This document shows, piece by piece, positions 1-7,856 of a DNA stretch of 37,342 nt. This DNA comes from a virus (Duplodnaviria > Caudoviricetes): positions 1 to 37,342 of the IMG/VR virus record IMGVR_UViG_3300006037_000017, one strand, 5' to 3'. Each line of letters opens with the position of its first letter. Positions within the stretch are counted from its first letter, which is position 1. A program made the translations under genes and the position numbers. A model generated the notes under the pieces. The model did not search any database. It saw nothing but the letters and a program-made list of their open reading frames with translations, and was not told the DNA's origin.

Positions 1-30
1 ACTGATGCTGCTGTTCGGTCAGCATCCACA

Positions 31-58
31 TGTAGGGGGGTGACTGCTTCTGGACAAA
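31..58 (+). other. Probable left terminus of the prophage (TGTAGGGGGGTGAC...)
   Basis: Mu-type elements start with TG. About 440 bp of non-coding, repeat-rich DNA follows. CCACA (26-30) would be the target duplication, which cannot be checked without the right end. Confidence 0.5.
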
Positions 59-82
59 GAGACCGACGCCAGAGGACAGGCC

Positions 83-411
83 CAAGCCTTTGAGAAAGCG
101 CAATAAAAAGGCGTTAAAAGCTGACGGGGGAGTTTGTTGGCGGTGCAGGATGGCATGGGAAAGTGCGGGGAAAGCGCGCGTCTTCCTAACAGGAAACTGC
201 ATAGTGCGCGCAAAATGCTCGCATCGGCCTGCAGAAGCTAACATCGCGGGAAATAAGACTAATATCGGGACAAGGCCGATGGGAGCCGGGCGGGTGGGCT
301 TCAAAAAGGGCCGCCCAAGCTTGGCGGCGAAACTGCTGAGGTCGGAAATCAGTGCCGACCTCAGCAGTTACAGTTCCGACCTGATGCAAGGCTTTGAAAC
401 TGCGTGATAAA
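83..411 (+). repeat. Imperfect 25-bp direct repeat (83-107 and 387-411), each copy containing an IHF-like site
   Basis: CAAGCCTTTGAGAAAGCGCAATAAA vs CAAGGCTTTGAAACTGCGTGATAAA (19/25). Each begins with a one-mismatch match to YAANNNNTTGATW. Confidence 0.55.
302..328 (-). terminator. Putative intrinsic terminator for the leftward (dam) transcript
   Basis: Minus strand reads GCCGCC-AAGCTTG-GGCGGC-CC-TTTTT. Confidence 0.5.
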
Positions 412-456
412 GATGGAAGCCTGTTGGTGGCGCGAAGTTTTGCAAGGTCGGAACTG
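331..456. repeat. Four copies of a CAGTTCCGACCT-like motif, including a perfect 15-bp inverted repeat
   Basis: AACTGCTGAGGTCGG (331-345) pairs with CCGACCTCAGCAGTT (355-369). Further copies are CAGTTCCGACCTGATGCA (371-388) and reversed TGCAAGGTCGGAACTG (441-456). Confidence 0.85.
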
Positions 457-472
457 GTAGAGCGTCAGGAAT

Positions 473-1324
473 TCACGTTTTCAGGGCATCCCTGACACCC
501 AGAGGCCAGTTGGAAATCAGCAGTTCGGGTCGGTTGGTGGCCTCGCCGGAACGGGTGGCGATGCCGTAGGTCGTGGTCACGGCCTCGAGGTGGAAAGCGG
601 CGAATACATCGCGGATTTCGGGCACATCGTTGATCGAGAGGATAAACCGGCCTTGGATATGGCCGAGCTGATCCGCCATGCGCGCAAAGCTGGCACGGTC
701 GAACATCGCCTTGCCGTAGTCGGTTTCGCAGCCCCAATAGGGCGGGTCGCAATAGAAGAGTGTGCCCGGCCCATCGTACCTACGGATGAAGTCTGACCAG
801 TCCAGGCACTCGATCACGACTCCGGCAAGGCGGCTGTGCAGATCTTCGAGCATCGGCTCTAGTGTGGTCAGGTTAAATCGACCTGGGCGGTCCTTGGCGA
901 CGCCGAAGTTACGGCCTGAGACCTTGCCGCCGAAGGCGGTGCGCTGGAGGTAAAGGAAGCGCGCGGCACGTTCGAGATCGGTGAGGGTTTCAGGGTTGGT
1001 ATCGACGAGACGGTTGAACTCTGTCCTAGTTGTCAGCTGGAACCGCAGCACCTCCAGAAACTGCGGATAATGGCGCTGAAGGATGCGAAAGAGATTTGCA
1101 ACATCGCGACCGAAGTCGTTGATCACCTCGGCCTTAGGCCGCTGAGTTCTGCGAAGGAATATGCCGCCCATCCCTACAAAAGGTTCAGCATATGTGGTGC
1201 AAGGCGTGGCGTCGATCATAGCGCATATGCGCTTGGCTAGATTGCGTTTTCCACCGAGCCAAGGGGCGGGTGGATGAGAAGGCTGAATTGGTGTTGACGG
1301 GGCGTTCATCGTGTCCTGCATCAT
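473..1324 (-). CDS. DNA adenine methyltransferase, Dam/D12 class
   Basis: Motifs PWLGGK, EPFVGMGG (SAM binding), VIND and the catalytic DPPY. Start could be at 1324, 1321 or 1309. Confidence 0.93.
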   Translation of the reverse strand: MMQDTMNAPSTPIQPSHPPAPWLGGKRNLAKRICAMIDATPCTTYAEPFVGMGGIFLRRTQRPKAEVINDFGRDVANLFRILQRHYPQFLEVLRFQLTTRTEFNRLVDTNPETLTDLERAARFLYLQRTAFGGKVSGRNFGVAKDRPGRFNLTTLEPMLEDLHSRLAGVVIECLDWSDFIRRYDGPGTLFYCDPPYWGCETDYGKAMFDRASFARMADQLGHIQGRFILSINDVPEIRDVFAAFHLEAVTTTYGIATRSGEATNRPELLISNWPLGVRDALKT

Positions 1325-1338
1325 TGGTGGAGTGATGC

Positions 1339-1353
1339 GAACATACGGGGAAC
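1339..1353 (-). promoter_or_regulatory. Alphaproteobacterial LexA (SOS) box upstream of the methyltransferase
   Basis: GAAC-ATACGGG-GAAC, i.e. GTTC-N7-GTTC on the minus strand, about 15 bp upstream of the first ATG. Confidence 0.75.
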
Positions 1354-1418
1354 ATGCGGGTATGTCACTCGTTTGAACGACTGGTTTGCGACGGTGTTTC
1401 TAAATTAGATACTATAGA

Positions 1419-2033
1419 TCAGCCGTTGGTTGCCCTAATCGATGTCGGGCCACAGATATGCCAATCATGCTGATATCCATACTCGCCGACCTTCGCATAG
1501 CAGTAGTTGAGGCGATTCAACCGCACTGCAACTTCGTTCCTCTGGGTGCAGACAGCAGGATTTTGCGCCCCCTCTGTTCCCCTGCACCTCCCGTCGTAAT
1601 CCGCGTATTGTTTGAGCAGCACGCTTACTTCTGCCGATTTTGCCTCGGAAGCGTTTGCGCCAGATGCGCTTATCTTGGCCCCAGATCGTTCGCACTGTGT
1701 GATGACTGCTGCCTGAGTAGCCCAGTCATGGGCGACCTTCACGACGGAAAATCGATCGAGACCGAATATGCCAATAAATGCATTGCCACGCTCAAAAGTT
1801 GGATCCAGCGACACCATCCCACAAGCAGTGATTGTCTGCTCTTCATTGGTGGAAGCAGCAACCTGGCCCACCAGCAGCAGGTTCGGAAGCCCCGTCGCAC
1901 GACCAACGCCCTCCTGGATCATGGCAAGCTGTTCTCGCGAAAGCTGATACTGGGTAGTGGATGCCGCTGTACTCGATTCTTGAACACATCCAGACATCAA
2001 CACAGCAGCGGAAAAAGCAAACATGCGACGCAT
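1419..2033 (-). CDS. Putative lipoprotein, likely co-expressed with the repressor
   Basis: Start reassigned to ATG 2033 with SD GAGGT. Signal peptide MRRMFAFSAAVLMSG-C has a lipobox cysteine. Several paired Cys residues. Begins 13 bp after the repressor stop. Confidence 0.75.
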   Translation of the reverse strand: MRRMFAFSAAVLMSGCVQESSTAASTTQYQLSREQLAMIQEGVGRATGLPNLLLVGQVAASTNEEQTITACGMVSLDPTFERGNAFIGIFGLDRFSVVKVAHDWATQAAVITQCERSGAKISASGANASEAKSAEVSVLLKQYADYDGRCRGTEGAQNPAVCTQRNEVAVRLNRLNYCYAKVGEYGYQHDWHICGPTSIRATNG

Positions 2034-2046
2034 AAGTACCTCTGAT

Positions 2047-2811
2047 CTAAGGGGTTCGACAGAAATAGACGACTCGCCCGACAACGCGCAGCTGATCAAG
2101 CCGGTCTGACCCGATCACTTCCGGGGCATAGCTGGCATTGTCCGAGATGAGTTCGACCATACCGTCCAATCGGCGTCGGATGCGCTTGACCAGCAAGTCA
2201 TCGCCGATGCCGATCACGGTGATGTAGCCATTCATGATCTCTCGCTGGCTATGATCAACTATAAGCAATGATCCGTCAGGAATAGTTGGTGTCATGCTGT
2301 CGCCGCGCGCTTTGATCACGGTGCATTGGTCTGGTGACGCACCCCTGTCGCGCAGAAACTGGCGGTCGAAGGCGATGACCTCAATCGGATGCTCTGCCTG
2401 CAAAGCTACTCCTGGGCCAGCCGAGGCACTTACCTCATAGCGTGGTAGGCGAATGAAACCCGCGCGGTCAAGATCACTGACCAGAGGATCGGCCTTGCCG
2501 TCAGTCTTTGATGGCCCCTCGTAGGTCGCGACGATAGTTCCGTCCGTCCGGCGCACCTTGGTGCCTACTCGGCGCTCAATATCTTGAGAGTGACGCCCTG
2601 TCAGGACAAAAACAATATCGGCTCCAATATCCCCGATGCGCACTAAATAATCAGAGGTCGGCGCACTTCCTTTCTCGTAAAGCCGCTGCGATCCCTTCGA
2701 AACACCTGATTTGTCAGCAAAATCTACAAGGCTATAGCCCAGTCTTTCGCGTTCAGACCGAATCCTGTCTCCACGATCAATATCTTGATTTTTGGGCGTT
2801 GACGAAATCAA
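2047..2811 (-). CDS. Phage repressor, XRE HTH plus S24 (LexA/CI) peptidase domain
   Basis: N-terminal HTH (RIRSERERLGYSLVDFA...YEKG), Ala-Gly cleavage site (SAGPG), catalytic Ser (GDSM) and Lys (VKRI). TTG start. Divergent from ner. Confidence 0.92.
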   Translation of the reverse strand: MISSTPKNQDIDRGDRIRSERERLGYSLVDFADKSGVSKGSQRLYEKGSAPTSDYLVRIGDIGADIVFVLTGRHSQDIERRVGTKVRRTDGTIVATYEGPSKTDGKADPLVSDLDRAGFIRLPRYEVSASAGPGVALQAEHPIEVIAFDRQFLRDRGASPDQCTVIKARGDSMTPTIPDGSLLIVDHSQREIMNGYITVIGIGDDLLVKRIRRRLDGMVELISDNASYAPEVIGSDRLDQLRVVGRVVYFCRTP

Positions 2812-2819
2812 TATCTTAA
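2576..2819. promoter_or_regulatory. Three putative repressor operators, TCAATATCTT(G/A)A
   Basis: Near-palindromic TCAA-TATC-TTGA at 2576-2587 and 2777-2788; TCAATATCTTAA at 2808-2819. Confidence 0.7.
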
Positions 2820-2827
2820 CCTAACTT
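2799..2827 (+). promoter_or_regulatory. Putative early promoter (Pe)
   Basis: TTGACG-N17-TAACTT, with an operator copy in the spacer, upstream of ner. Confidence 0.65.
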
Positions 2828-2877
2828 CACTGTATGCAGCCGCCAGTTGGCCTCTGCTGTTGTCCATGTGTCACCAA

Positions 2878-2905
2878 TAAAAAGCGGGTGTTCGCGCACC
2901 CGCCT
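2878..2905 (-). terminator. Hairpin in the ner leader; intrinsic terminator form on the minus strand
   Basis: GCGGGTG-TTCGCG-CACCCGC. The minus strand continues with TTTTTATT. Confidence 0.5.
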
Positions 2906-2923
2906 TCCACTGGAGGAAATCCA

Positions 2924-3229
2924 ATGACCCAACGCCCGAGCCCGGCGCTGGACTGGCCCGGCATTGTCGCCGAGCTCCATCGCCGGGGTATGACCCTGAC
3001 CGAACTTGCGCGCCGGAACGGTCTTCACGCTGCCGTCTGTCGGCAGGTCAAAGATCGCACCAACTTCAAGGGTCAGAAGGCCATTGCCGACTTTCTCGAG
3101 ATGAAACCCGAGGCGCTCTGGCCCGACCGCTATCCCAAAGGAAAACCTCGTATTCTGGATACCAACAAATATCCGCCGGTGGCGAGTCTAAAAGCTGACG
3201 CCATCGCTGACACGAGGGCCGCAGCATGA
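2924..3229 (+). CDS. ner: Ner/Nlp-like transcriptional regulator
   Basis: IVAELHRRGMTLTELAR...AIADFLEMKPEALWPDRY is the Ner/SfsB signature. SD GGAGG precedes ATG 2924. Confidence 0.88.
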   Translation: MTQRPSPALDWPGIVAELHRRGMTLTELARRNGLHAAVCRQVKDRTNFKGQKAIADFLEMKPEALWPDRYPKGKPRILDTNKYPPVASLKADAIADTRAAA

Positions 3230-3576
3230 CCCTTCGTTTGTCAATGAATCGCTGCGGCTTTGACATGAATTCGGGCGAGTTGCGCGATGCGATTGCCGAC
3301 TTGACCCGGTCGGCCAGAGAGATCGGCGCGGCCATCGGCATGCTCAACGCGACCGTCTCGGCCCCCCCGGATGAAGTGCGCGCCACCGCGTCTGCCCTGC
3401 GTGTGCATCGCAACTGGTTGCTGGAGCAGGTTGAACTGCTGCGCGCAAAGCTGCGGCTGTGTGAGGCGCGTGCGCGCGAGTCCGTGGTTCGCCGCACCGT
3501 TGAAAGCATGACGGTTACCCTCTTGCCCACGCCCTATGCGCCTGTGAAGGCCCGCGACGAACGGGCGGTGCGCTGA
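3226..3576 (+). CDS. Hypothetical protein
   Basis: ATGA overlap with ner; stop overlaps the next start. Confidence 0.6.
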   Translation: MTLRLSMNRCGFDMNSGELRDAIADLTRSAREIGAAIGMLNATVSAPPDEVRATASALRVHRNWLLEQVELLRAKLRLCEARARESVVRRTVESMTVTLLPTPYAPVKARDERAVR

Positions 3577-3950
3577 TGGGTGGCGTTTTGCAACTGCGGG
3601 TGCCCAGCATCAAACTTGGGCATGATGACGTGATCCTTGTGCCGCGCGAAGCCAATACCGAGACCGCGCGGGCGGTGTTGGCGCGCCCCGATCAGCATAC
3701 CGAAAGCATGGTGCGCGCTGCCTGTATCTGCCTGCGGGACGGTGGCGACTGGATGGATCAGGAACGTGCACGGCACCTGCTGAAGGTTCTGGACCGAGAG
3801 GCCCGCCTGAAGGCTGCCGACGATGCTTGGTGGCTGATTCAGCGGCGCAAGTTGCTTCCGATCGGGCTGTTTGTCGCGGTTTTGGTCATCGGCATCGTCG
3901 TTTTTGATAACGCGTGGGGTCAGCATTTGGCCGCTGGGGTGGCGCGATGA
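3576..3950 (+). CDS. Hypothetical membrane protein
   Basis: TGATG coupling; C-terminal hydrophobic segment LLPIGLFVAVLVIGIVVF. Confidence 0.65.
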   Translation: MGGVLQLRVPSIKLGHDDVILVPREANTETARAVLARPDQHTESMVRAACICLRDGGDWMDQERARHLLKVLDREARLKAADDAWWLIQRRKLLPIGLFVAVLVIGIVVFDNAWGQHLAAGVAR

Positions 3951-4159
3951 GAATGACCGCACAGCAAGCCCATCTTCAAATTTTGATTTTTCAGCAGATC
4001 ACGGGCGAATTTGTCGGTGGACCGCAATGGACACACGGCGTGCCGCAAACGTGGGATGATATCGCCGCCGTCCTGACTGGATGCCTCAATATCGCTCAGT
4101 CAAACAAGGAGTTTGGTCTGAGTTTCCCTGTCGGGGACGGACTTCCAACCCAAGAATAA
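3947..4159 (+). CDS. Hypothetical protein
   Basis: ATGA overlap at 3947; start reassigned from the ORF track. Confidence 0.5.
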   Translation: MRMTAQQAHLQILIFQQITGEFVGGPQWTHGVPQTWDDIAAVLTGCLNIAQSNKEFGLSFPVGDGLPTQE

Positions 4160-4214
4160 CAGCAGCACTGCGCGGCAAACGCGCAGGCATTCCTTTGTGT
4201 TTACAGGCACTAAA

Positions 4215-5057
4215 ATGACAGAAATTCAATACGTTACCCTTGATCATATCGAGGTTCCGTCTGATCGGGCGCGTGATTTCGACCCTTCATGGGCAGAAGT
4301 CTTGGCCGCGATCATCGCGGAGCAAGGCCTTTTGCATCCGATCCGGGTTCGGGCGGATGGCGACGGCTATCGGTTGATCGCCGGTCGCGTGCGCCTTGAA
4401 GCGTATCGCCTGCTGGACAGAGCACATATTCCAGCCACGGTTTCCAATGCCCAAACTGACGACGAGGCTCGGCTGGAAGAGGTGATGGAAAACCTTGGCC
4501 GGTCGGAACTGATCGCTCTGGACCACTGCCATCACCTCTATGATCTGAAGCAGGTTTGGGAGCGCATGCACCCCGAAACCAAAAACGGCGGTGACAAAAA
4601 CGTCAAGAAGGGTCAGGAGGACACCAGATTACCAACTTGGGATTCTGGTAAAGAGGTCTTCGGATTTTCCAAGGCATTCGCGGAAAAGGTCGGCCTAAGC
4701 CGCACGGCAATCTCGCGCGCTGTCAAAATCTGGTCTGACCTGACGCCTGATAGCCGCCAGCGCCTGATGGGCACGCCTTGGGCGGTAAAACAGTCCGAAC
4801 TTGTGCTGCTTTCGGGCGAAAAGCCCAAGCGCCAAGCCGAAATCCTCGACAAGCTGTTGGCGCAAAACGCCCGCGTCTCCTCGGTGGCCGATGCGATGGG
4901 CTTGCTCAATAACGGCGTCATCTTTGATGATGTCGAGCGCAAATTCCTGACGGCCAACAAGGTTTTCGGGAAGCTGGCCGATCCAGTGCTTGATCGCCTG
5001 ATCGCCGCCAACGAGGAACGCATCGTCGCCTCCCTGCAACGTCAGGGTCGCATCTGA
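4215..5057 (+). CDS. ParB/Spo0J-like protein
   Basis: IAEQGLLHPIRVR...YRLIAGRVRLEA, ENLGRSEL, HPETKNGGD and an HTH (AEKVGLSRTAISRAV). Confidence 0.88.
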   Translation: MTEIQYVTLDHIEVPSDRARDFDPSWAEVLAAIIAEQGLLHPIRVRADGDGYRLIAGRVRLEAYRLLDRAHIPATVSNAQTDDEARLEEVMENLGRSELIALDHCHHLYDLKQVWERMHPETKNGGDKNVKKGQEDTRLPTWDSGKEVFGFSKAFAEKVGLSRTAISRAVKIWSDLTPDSRQRLMGTPWAVKQSELVLLSGEKPKRQAEILDKLLAQNARVSSVADAMGLLNNGVIFDDVERKFLTANKVFGKLADPVLDRLIAANEERIVASLQRQGRI

Positions 5058-5524
5058 TGTCACGCCGCCGCGATCCTTTGACCAAAGACCTGTTTAGCTG
5101 GCAGCCGCCTCAGGTGGCTGTGGGCTATGGGGCTGAGGTCATGGGTCGCGGTCGGTTGGACAACAAGATCGCCCGCCTGATCGCCCATTCCCTACGGCAG
5201 GCCCGTGATGAGCAGAAGCTGACGCGGTCTGACGTGGCGCGGCGCATGTCTGAATACCTCGGGCGCACCGTCAGTGAGGCGATGCTGAACAAATGGTCGT
5301 CGGAGGGTTCCGAAGACCACCGCATTTCACTCGATGCCTTCATTGCGCTGGTCGATGCGACCGGGGCGCAAGGATTGCTCGGGTTTGTGCCCGGCGAATT
5401 CGGGCTGACTGTCATCGAGAGCGAATACGCCGAAATGATCGAAGAACAATTGCTTGATGAGCACATTGAAGAAATGCAGGCCCGCCGTGGTGTGTTAGCC
5501 GCCCGCCGGAAGGTGCGGAAATGA
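5057..5524 (+). CDS. Putative DNA-binding protein preceding the transposase
   Basis: Coupled to both parB and A; HTH-like TRSDVARRMSEYLGRTVSEAMLNKW. Confidence 0.75.
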   Translation: MSRRRDPLTKDLFSWQPPQVAVGYGAEVMGRGRLDNKIARLIAHSLRQARDEQKLTRSDVARRMSEYLGRTVSEAMLNKWSSEGSEDHRISLDAFIALVDATGAQGLLGFVPGEFGLTVIESEYAEMIEEQLLDEHIEEMQARRGVLAARRKVRK

Positions 5525-7812
5525 CGCAGGTTTACTTCACAGCGCGTGAGCTGGCTGACTGTGCAGCGAAGCGTGGCATCACGGCTTTTCCACAGACCGA
5601 GCGCGGCGTGCGCATTGTCGCAGAGCGCGAGGGTTGGAACGATCTTCCACCAAACCTTTGCCGTAAGCGTGCCGGGACGGTTGGTGGCGGCGGCCGCGAA
5701 TACCACCAGTCGTTGTTGCCAGAAATGCTTGCTGCGGCTTTGACCAGCACGGATGTCAGAGTGCAACTTACCAAGGTGCATGCCAATGAGACGGCAGCGG
5801 ATGAGCGCCAGATGGCCGCTTTGCGCGCTGCTGCACTGCCAGCCGGTCCGCGTGCGGTGATGCTGGCGCGCGCTGAAATTCTGCGTTCGATTGAAGGCTA
5901 TGCTATCGCCAATGGCGAGAGCAGGGCTTGGGGCATCGCCCGGTTTTTGGATGCGCAAGAGGCATGGGCCAAGCGTCAGGAAATCGAAGCGCGCCGCGAT
6001 ACTGGTTTTTTGCTGACAGGTCGCGAAATCGACAGTCTTGGCCGCGCGCTGGTTTTGACAGGCGATGACGGTTTCCAGATCGCACCCGCCACGGTGGCGG
6101 CGGCGAATGATCGGCGGTCAAAGGCAAAAGTCTCCCGCGCCTCCATTTACGATTGGTTCAAGACGCGTGACGGTAGCGGCGTGTTGGCTTTGGCACCGAT
6201 GCCGCCAAAGACGGCTGAGCCGATCCCGGATGCGTTCTGGGAGTTCATGCGGTTCTATGCATTGCCCGGCAAGCCCTCCGTTTCCGAGGCACATAAGGAT
6301 TATCTGGAAAGTGCAAAGAAGCGCGTAGGCGTGCAGTTGATGACGTTGTCGCTGGACCAGGTCGATCGCATCCTTCGCAAGAAACTCAGCAATATCGAAC
6401 GCAGCGTCGGGCGCGAGGGCATTCTCACGCTGCGTTCGCGCATGGCTTATATCACCCGCACGACCGACGATATGTTGCCGACGTCGGTCTATACCGCTGA
6501 TGGTAAGACCTTCGACGCAGAGGTCGCGGACCCTGTCAGCCGCAAACCCATGCGGCCTGAAATTACCTCCGTCCTCGATGTCGCCACCCGCAAATGCGTC
6601 GGATATGCGGTTTCGCGAAAAGAGAACGTGATCGCGGTCACCGAGGCGCTGCGCCGCTCGTGCTCGACCTATGGCATCTGCGCGATGTTCTACACTGATC
6701 GCGGCGCGGGCTACAAAAACAAGACTTTTGATGGGCGGGATGGTTTCGACGTCTTGGGGCTGATGGCGCGTCTCTCCATCACGAAAATGCACGCATTGCC
6801 CTACAACAGCCAAGCCAAAGGCATCATCGAACGCTTCAACCACGTCTGGAACGACCTCGCCAAACGCATGCCCACCTACATGGGGGCCGATATGGACAAA
6901 GAGGCCAAACAGGCGATCCACAAAGAGACCCGTGGCGAGATCAAGCAATTTGGTGAGGCACGCCGCCTGCCCAGTTGGCAGGATTTCATCCAAGCGGTGG
7001 AAAAGACGATCGCGGATTACAACGATCGCCCGCACTCTGGTCTGCCGCGCTATGAAGATCCTGCCACGGGCAGTTTGCGGCATATGACCCCGAACGAGGC
7101 TTGGGCGATGCATGTCGCCAAGGGCTTCGAGGCGGTCACAATCCACCCCGACGATCTCGACGATCTGTTCCGCCCCTACGAGCTGCGCACGGTCAGCCGC
7201 GCGCAAGTCGAGTGGAACACCAACAAGTATTTCCATCAGGCGCTCGAGCGGTATCACACCGAGCGCGTGGTCGTCGGCTACGATCTACATCAGGCCGACA
7301 AGGTGTGGGTGCGCGAATATGATGTCGCGACCGGTCAGCCGGGTCGTTTGATCTGCGTCGCGATCTTCATGGGCAATGCCACCCGCTACATCCCACTTAC
7401 GGTCGAACAGAAGGCGCTCGAAGATCGCAACAAAGGTGCGCTCAAGCGGCTTGATCGTCACCGTCAGGACAAACTGGCCGAACTCGACACGCCCTATCTG
7501 TTGGATCACCAGCCGGTCGAGATCGCCGACTACATCGACCTTACACCCGCGCCCGCTCAGGTTTTGGCTCCCGTTTTGTTGTCGATCGACAACGCGGGCG
7601 AGGCTGCTGTGTCACCCATGCCGCCGCGCCGCCGCATGTTCCGGTCAGATGAAGAACTGGCGGCTTGGGCGCTGCAGCACCCAGCGGACCTATCCCCCAA
7701 TCAGATCCGGGTTCTCCGGGACTGCGTGAACGATTCAACGGCCCGCAAGGTGCTGGAGATGTCGGGCATCGACACGGAGGCGCTTCGAACCCTCCTCCGT
7801 GCCGCTGCATGA
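5521..7812 (+). CDS. Mu-like DDE transposase (MuA)
   Basis: Mu I-alpha-like N-terminus (FTAREL...GGGGREYH). Catalytic residues in YTADGK, YTDRGAGY and KGIIERFN. YNDRPHS motif and Mu transposase C-terminal domain. Confidence 0.95.
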   Translation: MTQVYFTARELADCAAKRGITAFPQTERGVRIVAEREGWNDLPPNLCRKRAGTVGGGGREYHQSLLPEMLAAALTSTDVRVQLTKVHANETAADERQMAALRAAALPAGPRAVMLARAEILRSIEGYAIANGESRAWGIARFLDAQEAWAKRQEIEARRDTGFLLTGREIDSLGRALVLTGDDGFQIAPATVAAANDRRSKAKVSRASIYDWFKTRDGSGVLALAPMPPKTAEPIPDAFWEFMRFYALPGKPSVSEAHKDYLESAKKRVGVQLMTLSLDQVDRILRKKLSNIERSVGREGILTLRSRMAYITRTTDDMLPTSVYTADGKTFDAEVADPVSRKPMRPEITSVLDVATRKCVGYAVSRKENVIAVTEALRRSCSTYGICAMFYTDRGAGYKNKTFDGRDGFDVLGLMARLSITKMHALPYNSQAKGIIERFNHVWNDLAKRMPTYMGADMDKEAKQAIHKETRGEIKQFGEARRLPSWQDFIQAVEKTIADYNDRPHSGLPRYEDPATGSLRHMTPNEAWAMHVAKGFEAVTIHPDDLDDLFRPYELRTVSRAQVEWNTNKYFHQALERYHTERVVVGYDLHQADKVWVREYDVATGQPGRLICVAIFMGNATRYIPLTVEQKALEDRNKGALKRLDRHRQDKLAELDTPYLLDHQPVEIADYIDLTPAPAQVLAPVLLSIDNAGEAAVSPMPPRRRMFRSDEELAAWALQHPADLSPNQIRVLRDCVNDSTARKVLEMSGIDTEALRTLLRAAA

Positions 7813-7856
7813 AGACCAGAAAAGTCAACGATTTCAGGAATGAGGAAGAGCATATC

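Noticed and set aside
19-407. Short ORFs in the left-end region (19-213, 90-407, 186-389)
   Set aside because: No SD or recognisable motifs; they overlap repeats and a terminator typical of a non-coding end.
331-456. CRISPR-like array
   Set aside because: Repeats are short, in mixed orientation and irregularly spaced; no cas genes.
1458-2045. 195-aa plus-strand ORF
   Set aside because: Antisense shadow of the lipoprotein, which has an SD and lipobox.
2816-2830. Possible CtrA site at the early promoter
   Set aside because: Only a TTAACC half-site; the second half (TCAC) does not fit TTAA-N7-TTAA.
6118-7257. Long minus-strand ORFs opposite major genes (also 23268-24224, 29105-30556, 34100-35626)
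   Set aside because: Expected antisense ORFs in high-GC coding DNA; no motifs.
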